A DNA stretch of 64,000 bases. Source: an uncultured delta proteobacterium. Its GTDB lineage: Bacteria; Desulfobacterota; Desulfobacteria; Desulfobacterales; QNYZ01. A program made the position numbers and the translations under genes. Location of the stretch: positions 595,743-659,742 of the forward strand of contig CAWJQU010000002.1 in assembly GCA_963845145.1 (NCBI GenBank), given 5' to 3'. The notes beneath the pieces are model-generated. The model searched no databases. It was not told where the DNA came from and saw only the letters and a program-made list of their open reading frames with translations. Below, in pieces: positions 11,401 to 23,400 of the stretch (position 1 is the first letter of the stretch; each line of letters opens with the position of its first letter).

Positions 11401-12520
11401 CGTATTTAATGCCGGGAATCGTAAGGGATGTTTCGGCGACATTGGTAGCAACAATGATTTTGCGTCCCGGGAACCTGGCAAACACTTTTGATTGTTCCGG
11501 CCCGGATAGCCGGGCAAAAAGGGGTAATACCGTCGTACCAGAGCCGCACACCCCCTCAAGCGATCGGCAGGTATCCCGAATATCCTGCTCGGTGGGCATA
11601 AAAATGAGAATGTCTCCGTCGCGACTCTGTTTTACGAGCCGCTCCGCCGCTTCCACAGCCAACTCAACCGGTGACAAATCCGCCGGTTCAGCCCTCGGTC
11701 CCGGGCTTTCATAACGAATCTCAACCGGATACATGCGGCCGGATACTTCGATAATCGGGGCATCGTCAAATGCCTTTGAGAATTTTTCTGTGTCGATAGT
11801 CGCCGAAGTAATAATCAACTTCAGGTTTTTACGGCGGGAAATAAGACGCTTTATGATCCCTAGCGACAGATCGATATTCAGACTGCGTTCATGCGCCTCG
11901 TCAACAATCAAAGTATCGTAATCGTTTAGAAATGGGTCCCTCTGAAGTTCAGCCAATAGAATACCGTCGGTCATTATCTTTACAAATCCATTGATCGACG
12001 TCCTGTCCCGAAACCGGATCTTATAGCCTACGGTATCGCCCAACGTTTGATCCAGCTCCTCGGCGATACGCCGAGCCACGGTGGTGGCCGCTATTCGTCG
12101 TGGCTGGGTGCAACCAATGATCCCGTCCAGACCTCGTGAGGCCTCAAGACAAAATTTAGGAATTTGGGTGGTTTTACCGGATCCTGTATCACCGGAAATG
12201 ATAATCACCGGATGGCGGCGGATGGCGGCAATGATCTCTTCTTTTTTGGGTAAAATGGGTAGATCGGAATTGGGATATAAAACGGCCGGCCGATGTCGAC
12301 GACGCCAGGCGCGCTGCTGCACGGAAGTTTGGATTTCCTGCTCCAGGCGTGTCAGGCGGTGCTCGAAATTTTTGAAATCATGAGGACTGAACTTCAGGTG
12401 CCGGATTCGATTTATTTTTCGTCTGAGGGCATGTCGGTCGGCACCGTAAACGTTAGATAGTTGGGATTGCGCCTTGCGAATGCGTTGTTCAATCGTTTCA
12501 CTGTGGGAATCATGTTCCAC
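8465..12520 (-). CDS. hrpA: ATP-dependent RNA helicase HrpA
   Basis: GDTGSGKTTQ, DEAHER, SAT, QRKGRCGR motifs; 1351 aa with HrpA-type C-terminus. Confidence 0.95.
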   Translation of the reverse strand: MEHDSHSETIEQRIRKAQSQLSNVYGADRHALRRKINRIRHLKFSPHDFKNFEHRLTRLEQEIQTSVQQRAWRRRHRPAVLYPNSDLPILPKKEEIIAAIRRHPVIIISGDTGSGKTTQIPKFCLEASRGLDGIIGCTQPRRIAATTVARRIAEELDQTLGDTVGYKIRFRDRTSINGFVKIMTDGILLAELQRDPFLNDYDTLIVDEAHERSLNIDLSLGIIKRLISRRKNLKLIITSATIDTEKFSKAFDDAPIIEVSGRMYPVEIRYESPGPRAEPADLSPVELAVEAAERLVKQSRDGDILIFMPTEQDIRDTCRSLEGVCGSGTTVLPLFARLSGPEQSKVFARFPGRKIIVATNVAETSLTIPGIKYVVDTGLARISRYTPRSRCTLLPIESISRSSADQRKGRCGRVTDGVCVRLYSEEDYLSRPMFTPPEILRANLAHVILQMVALKLGDMAEFPFIDSPSPKSIQDGYQLLLELGAIIQAHRKNNNDRRVYRLTTDGRMMARLPVDPRLSRILIEAGRQGCLPEIVVIAAALSIQDPRERPLEMQEAADQAHAAWIDKRSDFISLVNLWRWYQAELATGIGTRKIKRLCQKHFVSYRRMREWKDIHQQLCTILKESGTSVRPLPDADILADTPAGDFSPHYSALHRSILSGFLSNIACKKEKNMYMGAKGREAMVFPGSGLFNRAGKWIVAAEMVLTSRLFARVVARIDPGWLEALGKDRCRYSYSDPHWDRHKETVMAFEQVSLFGLVIVSRRPVVYGRIETEKACDIFIDDALVPADLRQPFAFIHHNQTLIDEVISMESRLRCRDLFVGTEVVADFYRCHLTDVWNVRLLNKKIKAAGGDAFLQMPKEALMRFHPEESLLAGYPDMVHLGESRYPCSYIYDPGNPADGVTVEIPAGAAATVPVGAPDWLVPGLIGEKIKDLVKGLPKTYRRRLGPMPQAVEKIVTKIPCETDRQPLINVLGGVIHQCFGIHIPAFNWAPGALPDHLKMRIVIVDTGGREIASSRNPAILRQDFVAPDDSKRMHNYKKVWERTNITQWDFEGVAKSIDLPPQDNADGTRQNGDTPGVAYPGLTAEPARPGQPETVSLRLFSSYAQAIQAHPKGVKQLAILQLSKEVKHLKRTLKVPKAVRSKTSLFGGPATVELQLFEKVLSAQFAKNIRTQKVFFAHLNAAAQQLYQGGQTLLGAVVPILNAFHHTHTRLAEWQSRYIANISLNRFIDRRFDDLNRLIPENFIALYDVNRLNDLPYYIEAIAIRAQRGAVNLNKDQHKAEKVRFFSDQLDDALNRLSPTTSSMKREAVETFFWLLEAYKVSVFAQELKIPHPVSAKRLKELLLESERMV

Positions 12521-13703
12521 CGTTTTTGATCTTTTCCACTTGTGAGTCAGGGATGCCTAAAAAATAGAGCAAACCGGAGATGTTGTCGTTGCTGAGCATA
12601 CCGTCGCTATATTTTTTAAGTGCCTCCTTGGGGTTAAACGCAATGGCCAAGCCGGCATTTTCCAGCATAAAACGATCGTTGGCACCATCGCCCACGGCAA
12701 CGATCTGGTCGGCAGAGATATTTTCTTTTTCTGCAATTTCGTTAAGGATATCCGCCTTTGACTGGGCGTCGATGATGCGACCCTTTATTTCCCCGGTAAC
12801 AACACCGTCTTTTATCTCCAGCTCATTGGCAAAAACGTAGTCAAGATTCAGGCGCTCTTTTAAATAATCGGTAAAAAAGGAAAACCCCCCCGAAATCACG
12901 GCCACTTTGTATCCCATAAAATGCAACGTGGCGATGAGGTCTTCCGCCCCGGGCGTGAGGTAAAGGCTGTCGAAAATCGATTCAAGCTGTTTTTGAGTTA
13001 TACCTTTTAACAATTCAATCCGCTCTTTTATCGCCTCGATAAAATCCATCTCCCCATTCATCGCCATGGTCGTGACTGCTTTTACCCGCGCCCCCACACC
13101 GGCAATTTCCGCCATCTCGTCAATCACCTCTCCTTGAATGAGGGTATTATCACAATCGAAAACCACCACCCGCTTGGGTTTGTTAAATATATCCCCATCC
13201 CTTAATGAGACATCAAGACCTGTCTCCTCGGAAAACGCATAGTACTCGTGACGAAACAGAGAAATGTCCTTCATGTCGGACACGTCCAAAGCGAGCTCCA
13301 TGGCAATATAATCGCCCCGGGCGATCATCTTAATCGACTCAATATTGACGCTGTTGCGCGCACAGATTTCGGAAACCGAAGCAACGATACCGGGACGATC
13401 ATGGCCCATTACGGTAAGAATCATCGGATCTTTGTTGGGATTCCGACGGCCGGCCTCATACGGTTCAACGCGCAACCCCAATGCAAACTTCGATTTAATG
13501 GGTGCCAGCCGCTCCGTCATCTGTTCATGCGAAGCGCTGGACGTGCTTAAATCGACGACAATAAACATAGAAAAATGGCCCCGTATCGAGCGGGCATCGA
13601 TATCGACAATATTAATATTCATGCGGGCCAAAACCTGAGATATCCGATGGACCAACCCAGGCTGATCTTTGGCGACCGCTGAAATAACGTACAATGAGCT
13701 CAT
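12510..13703 (-). CDS. serB: Phosphoserine phosphatase with two ACT domains
   Basis: ACT (DQPGLV, DRPGIV), HAD motifs FDCDNT, SGGF, GDGAND. Confidence 0.93.
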   Translation of the reverse strand: MSSLYVISAVAKDQPGLVHRISQVLARMNINIVDIDARSIRGHFSMFIVVDLSTSSASHEQMTERLAPIKSKFALGLRVEPYEAGRRNPNKDPMILTVMGHDRPGIVASVSEICARNSVNIESIKMIARGDYIAMELALDVSDMKDISLFRHEYYAFSEETGLDVSLRDGDIFNKPKRVVVFDCDNTLIQGEVIDEMAEIAGVGARVKAVTTMAMNGEMDFIEAIKERIELLKGITQKQLESIFDSLYLTPGAEDLIATLHFMGYKVAVISGGFSFFTDYLKERLNLDYVFANELEIKDGVVTGEIKGRIIDAQSKADILNEIAEKENISADQIVAVGDGANDRFMLENAGLAIAFNPKEALKKYSDGMLSNDNISGLLYFLGIPDSQVEKIKNGGT

Positions 13704-13866
13704 TTTCGCTCCAACGTTTTAGGGAATAAAAAAAGCGCCAACTCTATAGCGCTTTTGAACGATAACATCAATTGGTTTTGGTGTAAATTATTACCGGATG
13801 GTGAGAATCAAAAGGTGGGCAAGTACTGCAAGGCTATTCACCCTGAAGTCAAAGATTTAAACCAGA

Positions 13867-15930
13867 TTATTCAGAACCCATTTCTTCCGTACTATCCAGA
13901 ACCTGCCGGATCGCCTCCGACAATTGCTTCAACATCAACGGCTTGGATAGGAACGATCGAATACCGACGGATTCAATCATATCTGCCGTTATTTCGTCCA
14001 TCAGGCCGGAATAAAGAATAATGGGAATATCCGGTCTAATCTGGATCATCTGTCTGCTCAACTCCATCCCGGTTAATTTAGGCATGGTCTGATCAGTAAT
14101 CACCAAATCGAAATTATCCGGATTTTGTTTAAATGCATCCAGGGCCTTATTGCTGTCTGTTTCCAGATGAACATTATAGCCTATACGCTGCAAGCCTTCC
14201 TCTACAAGAGTGACCAGCGCCTTTTCATCATCCACAAACATGATCCTTTCCTGCCCCGGAACAATCTCCTTGGTAGTGGGCGCTTCTTCTTCAGTAAAAG
14301 TGCCATGATAACGGGGAAAAAGCACTTGAAATTTCGTCCCCTTTCCCGGTTCACTTTCAACACGAATGGCCCCTTCACATCTTTTAATGATCCCATGTAC
14401 CATTGCCAGTCCCATACCGGTTCCTTTTCCCGGCTCTTTGGTTGTGAAGAAAGGCTCAAAAACCCGCTCGATTATGCTTTGATCAATCCCCTCCCCATCA
14501 TCAATGACCGTCAAACGCAAAAACTTTCCAGGAACAACTTCCGGATAACGATGATGATTGGTGTTATCTACCGTATAATCATCTAAATTTATGGTTAAAA
14601 CACCACCGCCTTCCATAGCCTGTGCGGCGTTGGTGCAAAGATTCATAACCACCTGGTGAACTTGGGTGGGATCGGCCTCAACGAAACCCCGTGCGCTCCC
14701 GATATCCTTTCGCATTTCAATGGTGGAGGGAAGCGACGCACGCAACATCTTCAGGGCTTCATTGATGATGAGTTTTAACTGAATCGGCCTGGCTTCCTGA
14801 TCGGTCTGGCGGCTGAAGGCTAAAATTTGTCGCACTAAATCTTTGGCACGCCGGGTCGAAGTAATCACGCGCTCAAGATTCTGGTGAATGGGACTTTCCG
14901 GTGGCGATTGAAAGGAGGCCAATTCAGTATATCCCATAATGGCCGCCAGGATATTATTAAAATCATGGGCGATCCCTCCAGCCAGCGTGCCCATGGCTTC
15001 CATCTTCTGGGCTTGACGAAGCTCTTTTTCCATCTGTATTTCACGCGTCACATCACGGGAAACGGAGACATAACTACTGAAGTTTCCCTTTTCATCTCTG
15101 ATAGGTGATACCGTGACTTCCAACTCACAAATACTGCCATCTTTCTTTTTACTGGACATCCGACCGCTCCAAATTTTGCCGGATGACAAAGATTTCCAAA
15201 TGTTCCGGAAAAAGACATCTTTTTGCAAACCGCTCCGCAAGATTCGTGTGTTTTTTCCCCTGATCTCATTCTGGCTGTAACCAAAAATATGTTCACATGC
15301 CGGATTGGCATACGTAATCGTACCATCCATCTCAGTAATCAAGATCCCTTCAGCCGCCTGCTCCAGGGCCGTTGCAAGATGCAGCAATCTTTCCTCGGCT
15401 TTTTTCCGAACGGTCACCTCCGTTTTTAAATTCTCATATAGCAGCGCATTTTCTAAAGATATTGCCGCCTGGGCCAAAAGTATGTTTAAAATTTTAACGC
15501 GTTCTTTAGTAAATACATTGCTGGCCAGATTGTTTTCCAGGTATAAAACGCCGGTTGTTTTCTCCTTAAGCAGAATCGGCATACATAGAATCGACTTGGG
15601 ACGATGTTCCAAAATATGAAGATCGGTGTAAAACTGATTATCATCCGTCGCTTTATGTATAACGACGGGCTCCCCGGTCCGTTCCACATACCGTACAATA
15701 TCAAGCGAAAGCGCATCACTTTCTTCCACAGGCAAGGACTGATTGGCGCTCACTTCATCAGAATCGGCTTCCACCGATGCTTTTACAAACAACCCATCTT
15801 CTTTTTTTAAGATCAACAGACCCCTTTGAGCACCTGCATTTTCGATGATGATCCGCATCAATTGATCAAGCAATTTTTCCAGAACAATTTCTCTGGATAT
15901 CGCCTGGGTGGCTTTCATGACTGCGGCCAT
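13867..15930 (-). CDS. Intact C-terminal part: GAF-PAS hybrid histidine kinase/receiver
   Basis: 687-aa open frame with H-box [12 protein letters not shown]-box FEPFFTTK and receiver [10 protein letters not shown]. Confidence 0.8.
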   Translation of the reverse strand: MAAVMKATQAISREIVLEKLLDQLMRIIIENAGAQRGLLILKKEDGLFVKASVEADSDEVSANQSLPVEESDALSLDIVRYVERTGEPVVIHKATDDNQFYTDLHILEHRPKSILCMPILLKEKTTGVLYLENNLASNVFTKERVKILNILLAQAAISLENALLYENLKTEVTVRKKAEERLLHLATALEQAAEGILITEMDGTITYANPACEHIFGYSQNEIRGKNTRILRSGLQKDVFFRNIWKSLSSGKIWSGRMSSKKKDGSICELEVTVSPIRDEKGNFSSYVSVSRDVTREIQMEKELRQAQKMEAMGTLAGGIAHDFNNILAAIMGYTELASFQSPPESPIHQNLERVITSTRRAKDLVRQILAFSRQTDQEARPIQLKLIINEALKMLRASLPSTIEMRKDIGSARGFVEADPTQVHQVVMNLCTNAAQAMEGGGVLTINLDDYTVDNTNHHRYPEVVPGKFLRLTVIDDGEGIDQSIIERVFEPFFTTKEPGKGTGMGLAMVHGIIKRCEGAIRVESEPGKGTKFQVLFPRYHGTFTEEEAPTTKEIVPGQERIMFVDDEKALVTLVEEGLQRIGYNVHLETDSNKALDAFKQNPDNFDLVITDQTMPKLTGMELSRQMIQIRPDIPIILYSGLMDEITADMIESVGIRSFLSKPLMLKQLSEAIRQVLDSTEEMGSE

Positions 15931-18900
15931 GTCCAGGTCTTTTTTAGTTTTCGGATTGGTTTGGCTATACTATCAGCAGATATTGCTTTATTGTTGTTCG
16001 TTATTGGGATGACGGTCAATCAGTAAAAATGCAAAATCTTTATCTAATGCTTGAACTTTGGCCAAAGCTCCCCATTTCTCATATGCCAGACCGGGCCTTT
16101 AACATCGTGTCAGCGGCCAATTGATTCTCCCCTATATTCGCATAAAAAATGGCAGTTCTTTCAAGAATTAATGCTTCTTCATTTCGATAGCCGTGTTTAA
16201 TAGCCAATCCAACAGCCTGTTGATAGTCTTTTTCGGCATGTTTGTTATGCCCTGTAACCGCCAAACGTTCGGCTTCCACCAAGCAATATTTGTGTTGATG
16301 ATTCATAGGGGCATGTTCGGCCCAATTGTCTTCATTTTCTTTTGGTTTTCTATAACTCTTTTTAAGAATCCTCCCTTGTTCAGATAATTTCGCCCTCAGT
16401 ATAAATGAGCAACTGGAGTAGAGAGTCATAAAAATAAAATAGAGGGACGTGAATAGTACCAGTCATGCCCTCTAAATATTTTTCAGATTGATTCAGCATA
16501 TTCACATGCACTTTAATATAGTCTCCAAAATGATAGTTCAGGTAAATTTAATAAAATAAACACTTGATAAGCGTCGTTTTATCCTTCGCCTCTATATGCA
16601 ATGAGATCTGCAATCCTTCATCATAATATGTCCCACATAAGACGGCAGCGATCCTCCACTCCGCCTTTTAGATTCTCAACGAGTTGTCTATAGATTTGGA
16701 GAAAAGTGAAAGAAAACTCGTGTTTCAATCTACCTATTACCTCATATACTTGGTCATCCGCCGCTCGACCTCAGATAGCTCTATACCTGCATGAAAGGAA
16801 TAGTAGCAGAAAAACAAAGCGCCATAGCCAGCATATTCAAAATCACCCGTTTCAATACCTTTTTTGATAAGCATTTTTTAATGGAGTTAAAGTGTCACGA
16901 ACATGATACCTTCCAGTGACATATAAATGCATTGACCATATGGGTTGTTTGGGGAGACCAACTCTGATAAATTATATTTTCCAATAACCTAAGGGAAAGT
17001 TGACCAAATTTGTACCCAGAATCAATATCTCCTATCACACTACATAGAATCAACCCATAAACGGCATACCAAATTGCTGACTCTGGTGCGTTTCCATATT
17101 TAGTTGATAGTTGAACGCCCTGAAATGTCATCACGGCTAATAATTCTTGGTTTGAAAAATAAACTGCTGCACCAACACTCTTTAACACCTGCATGACGGC
17201 CAGCATCGTCGGATCCGACATTTTTTTCATGTCATATAAGTTATCCGTCTCCTTCCATGCCAGTTTCGATTTCGCACTCATGTATCCTTTAAATAATTGC
17301 CATTTACTAGCTTTCTTGGGCAACCGCACATTGAGCTTATGGAGGACATCGAAAGCGTGCTGTTATGGCCTCTTCCAGCTGGTATCTGAGCAATATGAGA
17401 ATTAATAATCGTTTCATGCAAATTGATAGTATCCAGAAATGAACTTGACGTTCCGCAACATTTCTTCGGCAAAGACATCCATTCTTATCATAATAGCCAC
17501 AAAGATAAGCCGTTTCAGCAGCCTTTTCATAAAGCGCTATAGATAATTCATAGTTGTTTTTCCAGCAACCATCACCCAACAACCTTATCCCATGTTGAAA
17601 ATAATTAAAGGCCGGAAAAAAGGCTGCGGCTGATTTCGCCTTTAAGCCCGGCATCGAGATTCATACGGGCCATCTCTTTTCTCCTTGCACATGATATAGT
17701 CTGATCATCTCCAACATTCAAGTGATTAACAATGGTAAACAAATGTTTCATTCTCTTTTCAGTTTCAGATATAATTAAGCAAATAAAGACCAATTTGGGT
17801 ATGGCAATGCCTTTTCTGTCATGATTCCATCGATGACATATATTGCTTGCCGAATACGATCATGAGCAAACCGATAGTTCCTTGGGTATTTTTTACTCGG
17901 ATTCTTTATTTTTCCTCGATAAATTGGTTTTACTGGATATAAGTATTCCTTCTGACGACCGCTTCATCTAAATACGTTGTCATTATCTGATGCTTTCCAC
18001 AAATAGAGATAAAATCAGACAGAATCAAACCCAATACCAATACAGGAAGCCCAATTTAAAATGTCTGAGTGTTTTCGTTAATCGGTGAATTTTTTGAACC
18101 AGCAAATCGACCACATTGTCGGTAATCTCTAAATGGTTAATTTTTGAAATACTCCATTGCCATCGACTCTGTCCGAATCAAATGAAAGTAAGTTTTCACT
18201 ACGCAAGGTTTTTAAAAACATCTCAATAAAAAATGGATTCCCATCCGTTTTTTGAAGCGTTAATGCACCCAAATCGCTACATTGATTTATTCAGTATGCA
18301 TCGAATCGGCAATAAAGTTATTTAACCGATTCAAGCCCCAATGAGGCTAGTCTTAACCGAGTCAGCCGTACTTTTTTATTTTTCAATGCATCCAAGTTGC
18401 ATGAATCGGATGATCGGAATCGGTTTCATCGTCCCGATAAGACGAAATACCCAAAAAATAATTTAATCCATCATCGCTCAATATTGTTTCAATTAATTGG
18501 AGAGACGCGGCATCAGCATGTTGGACATCATCAAGAAAGATTACCAACGGGTATTTTGGACCTCCAAGCGCCCGAAAAAAATTTTGAAAAACCAAATTGA
18601 GCCGGTTCCTTGCTTCCAATGGTCCGAGTTCGAGCGGCTTCACTTGAGGCCCCAAAATCACTTCGATTTCTGGGATGATATCCGCAATCACACTTCCGTT
18701 GCGCCCAAGTGCACTCGTCAATTTTTTCTGCCAAATTACAATTTCTTTATCACTCTTTACCAGAATTTGCCGAACAACCTCTCTAACCGCCTGCGCAATG
18801 GCGCTATAGGGAATATCTTTGTGAATCGGATCAAATCTGCCCGTACCAAGATGAACTGTCTGTTTACTTTACCGATAGTCATCTGCTGAAGGGCTTCTTG

Positions 18901-19916
18901 AACAAAAGCGGTTTTACCAATACCAGCATATCCGGTGACTAAAACTAACTCCAAGTTTCCTTTTGTGGCTCGCTCAAATGCCGTCTTTAAAAGCATTGAT
19001 CTCTTCTTCACGCCCATACAATTTCCCAGAAATTCTAAATTGGTCACTTATATCTTTTTTTGCAATATAAAAACTTCTATGTTGCCTGTTCTAATATACT
19101 GATCCAAGGCAAACATTCAGATCGTGTTTAAGGCCGAGCCGCGCTTAAATACCGATCCTCTGTTTCCTTAGCCAGCAACTTCATAATGACATCCGCCAAG
19201 GCTCTGGGACAGCTGGATTCGCAATATCAGGCTCCTTTGGTAAAATGGCAATGTGGGAATGGATCATTTCAAGCATATCTCCGGTTTGAAAAACCAATTC
19301 CCCACTAAACATCTCATAAAGTGTGGCACCTAATGAATAAAGATCCGAGCTGTAATCCAGTGGCCGATTCATCTTACCGGTTTGCTCCGGAGCAATATAG
19401 GCCAGTGTTTTTTGGTTCACTTCTGAACCATTCGAGAACATCTGGTCAGCAACCAACTCAGTAGCATGCTCAAGGTTGATCAATTGAATTTGTCTCTGAT
19501 TCTACATGATAAAGAATGTTAAAAGGATTTATACGCTTATGAATAAAACCAGCATGATGAACCCGTTCCAATGCAGCTGTAATTTTAATGGCGATTGCCA
19601 AGCCGTCAGCAATGGAAAATGGTTTTTTTTCGAATAAATCATCCAGAAAAAGACCGCCAATATCTTCGTAGATGAGAATCATTTGATCCTGGATAGTGAT
19701 GAGGTCCAGGGCTCCTGCAATTCCCTCTCCCTTCAAGGATTGCAGCAGAGCATATTCATGTTGAAACTGATTAACTAAATTTGGAGGAGGATCTTCCACA
19801 TGCAGTCGTTTTAGTATAACAGGTTGCTCATTCTTTTCCCGTACTGCTCGGTACATGGCATATGTTTTGTCTTTACAAATCAGTTTTTTAATCTGGTAAC
19901 CTGGAATTATTACCAT
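13867..19916 (-). pseudogene. Frameshift-broken giant hybrid sensor: kinase-like domain, AAA ATPase, TPR, GAF, PAS, histidine kinase, receiver (~2000 aa if intact)
   Basis: Consecutive fragments: kinase fold (19470-19916; YIAPEQTG 19181-19483), Walker A GYAGIGKT, Walker B IFLDDVQHAD, helical region, then intact 13867-15930 with GAF, PAS, AHDFNN, GTGMGL and receiver; the breaks may be sequencing errors. Confidence 0.85.
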
Positions 19917-19974
19917 GTGGTTTACCTTTTCAAGCGATCTATATTGTGTTGATATTGCTTACCTAAATTTTATA

Positions 19975-19990
19975 TGCAAAACAGATACCA
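19975..19990 (-). promoter_or_regulatory. Sigma54 (-24/-12) promoter for the giant sensor gene
   Basis: Minus strand TGGTAT-CTGTT-TTGCA (GG-N10-GC) about 60 nt upstream of ATG 19916. Confidence 0.6.
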
Positions 19991-20431
19991 CAAACAATTC
20001 GAACCAATTACGCCACACAAAAAATAAATAAAATTTTTTAACTAAAAATACAAACAGTTAATCATATTTTAATCAAATTAGAAAAAATTCTGCATACCGT
20101 ACATTTTAATATCATTAAGGAAGTCTATGTAATTAAATTACAATTTTAGTCGCTCTCAATATTAAATAACAGATATCCAAGTTTAAAAAAACACTCCAGG
20201 CTCCAAACTGAATGCCCGTTATCTATTCCAAAAATTATCCCATTTGAAAAATAGCCAATTCACATACCGCCAATTATTTGACCCAAATGTTATCAAAAAT
20301 GACCACATTAAGTATTAATAGCGGCAGAGCATGTTGACCTGCGATGGGATTTAGATTATTAGATTACTCTCCTCTGCCTCCAGCCAGAGCACTACAGCGC
20401 ACTCGAAAAATAATCAAAGGGAGCATTTCTT

Positions 20432-23400
20432 ATGGTAAAAGGTAAACCCCGTTGCCCAATTGCTGTCATTGGAATGGCTTGCAGGTACCCTGGGGCCAGC
20501 ACGCTCACAGAGTTATGGGAAAACATCCTCACAAAACGCCGCCAGTTTAGACGAATACCGGATTGCCGCACACCCCTTAGCGATTATTATCATGTTGACC
20601 CTAAAAAACCCGACAAGTCCTACCTAAAACATGCGGCTGTCATCGATGGTTTCAATTTCGATTGGAAAAAACGCCATATCCCCTATTCTACCTATCAATC
20701 CACAGATATAGTTCATTGGATAGCCTTAGAAATTGCGATGGCAGCAATGGCAGATGCTGGATATATCCGAGAGTCAATAAATGGCAGGCGAACAGGCGTT
20801 ATTGTTGGAAATACCCTGACCGGGGAACATACCAGGTCTAACACCATGCGTTTGCGATGGCCGTTTGTGAGACGCGCGCTACATGTCGCAGCCAAAGCGG
20901 AAGGTATTCGAAAAGAAACGATTGTAATGATGAAAGTCTAAGAAAAATATTATAAATCAGTATTACCATCGATTAATGAAGATAGCCTTGCCGGGGGCCT
21001 TTCGAACACCATCGCCGGCCGCATTTGTAATTATTTAGATCTTGGTGGAGGCGGATATACCGTAGACGGGGCTTGCTCTTCATCTCTTATCGCGATCGCC
21101 ACAGCCGCTACTGGCTTAATGAACCGGGATCTTGATCTTGCGCTCGCCGGTGGTGTCGATATCAGCCTTGACCCTTTTGAAATTATCGGGTTCGCGAAAG
21201 CTGGCGCCCTCACGCCTGATGAAATGAGAGTTTACGATCGTAGGGCTAACGGATTTTTACCCGGTGAGGGCTGCGGTTTTGTTCTGTTGAAAAGACTCGA
21301 AGATGCAAAAAAAGACAATAACGATATCTATGCCATATTACATGGCTGGGGACTTTCTTCCGATGGACGTGGCGCCAGCATCACGGCTCCGAACGCCAAA
21401 GGACAAGCCCAGGCTATTCGACGGGCATACGACCGCGCACCATTCAGCATCAAGCATGTTAATTTCATTGAGGGACATGGGACTGGTACTGCGGTGGGCG
21501 ATAAGGTAGAATTGGAAGGTATCGCCCGGTCAATTGATGATTCGCCAATTCGTGGCGGAGCGATATGCATTTTTGCGGAATGACTTCGCTAAAGTCAATT
21601 ATCGGTCATACCAAGGCAGCAGCCGGAGTGGGTGCCTTTATAAAAGCGGTTATGGCGGTAAACCGCCGCATACTACCCCCCACAGCAGGCTGCCAGAACC
21701 CCCATCCAGATTTTAAGAACAGCAAAGCTCTCTACCCAATCATTACGGGAAAGCAACGGACTCACATAAAACCTTAAGGCAGGCATATCAGCCATGGGCT
21801 TTGGCGGAATCAACTGCCATGTATGCATCGAATCTGCCGGCTCACCAAGCCTGAAATTTGCCCCTTCGATCAAAGAGCAGTATCTTTTGGCTTCCAGCCA
21901 GGAAACCGAGGTATTTCTATTCCGGTCATTCGGCAAAAGATCTATCCCATCAACTTGAAAACCTTAACCGTGAAGTATTAGACATAAGTCTGGCCGAGAT
22001 GACTGATTTGGCCCATGATTTGGTTAAAAAAGCCGATTTTCAAGGAAAATTTCCGGATAGCTATTGTTGCCAATCATCCAGAACGTTTCAGAAAAAACGA
22101 ATCGATCAATTAGGCTTCTCAACGAAAACCCATTTGGCAAAGGTAAAATTTGGCAGGACCTAAAAAAACAAATCTGGGTCAGCAATCAAATGGCTGCGCC
22201 TCGCATCGGATTTTTATTTCCCGGCCAAGGGAGCCAACAATTGAATATGGCTCAATGCCTGACTGATCGGCATGATTGGGCTCGCGATATTATAAAAAAT
22301 GCGGATCAATTATTAACAAGCGATGGCCATGAACCCATCAGCACAATCGTATACCGCAACCCGACCCCAAGCTGGGCTCAGAGCAATCAGGAGAGTGGGC
22401 TCGAACACTAGCGCGAACGGAATACGCCCAACCTGCAATTTGTCTGGCTTCGCAATTGTGGCTGAAATGGCTGGAGAGAGCAGGTATTCAACCAACGGCC
22501 GTCGGTGGCCACAGTTTGGGCGAACTGACTGCCTTTCATGCTGCCGGCGCTTTTGATGTCGATACACTGATCCGTTTCTCAGGATACAGGGGACAAATTC
22601 TTGCTAAGCTGTCGAAAAAGGTGGTGCGATGATCAGCCTGCGGTGCTCAAAAAAACAGGCCGAAGACTTACTTAACAAAGTAACTCATTACGCAACGATA
22701 GCCAATATTAATTCACCTCGACAGGTAGTTATTTCTGGAGAAAATTTAGCTATCAAGCAGGTTTCTAAACTTGCCGCCGAAGCTGCGATTCCGGCTTAGC
22801 GTCTCGCAGTCGCTAACGCTTTCCATTCAAAGGTAGTTGCCGCTGCCACGAAGGCCATAAAAAGAAGAGGCTGTTTTACCTTTCGCGTTACCGAACTTTC
22901 TTGCCACTTATTTAACGGTATTGATGGCCACGAAATCACTTCGAAACAGGAGCTGAAAACCTATTTTGCTGATCAAATTGTAGCTCCAGTAGACTTCCTC
23001 TGCCATGATTCAATCCATGACAAATTATGCGATCTGTTTATTGAGGTCGGGCCAGGCCAAGCCCTTTCGGGAATGGTTAATGAGATCAATAAAGACACCG
23101 GTCCGTTTTGCCTTCCTGTAGAATCTTCACCGGGAAGAGACAACGATGTTAATCAGCTCCTAGCAACTTTATTTGTTCATGGAGTAGACATCAATTGGGA
23201 TACGATTTACGAATCTCGTCTATCACGGCCATTTATAAAACCTTCTGAACGGCTTTTCTTTGAAAATCCTTGTGAACGGGCGTTTGATTCTCATGTTTCA
23301 ATGGCCTCAACAACTGGGGCCCCTACAGCTGAAACATTAGAATCGCTTTTTACTGGCCTTGGAAATATTTCCAAGGATAAGATAGAAGGATACCTGAAAA

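Noticed and set aside
13704..13866. att direct repeats or tRNA at the island borders (also 28186-28334)
   Set aside because: Only a 7-bp GATTTAA match; no tRNA or integrase seen
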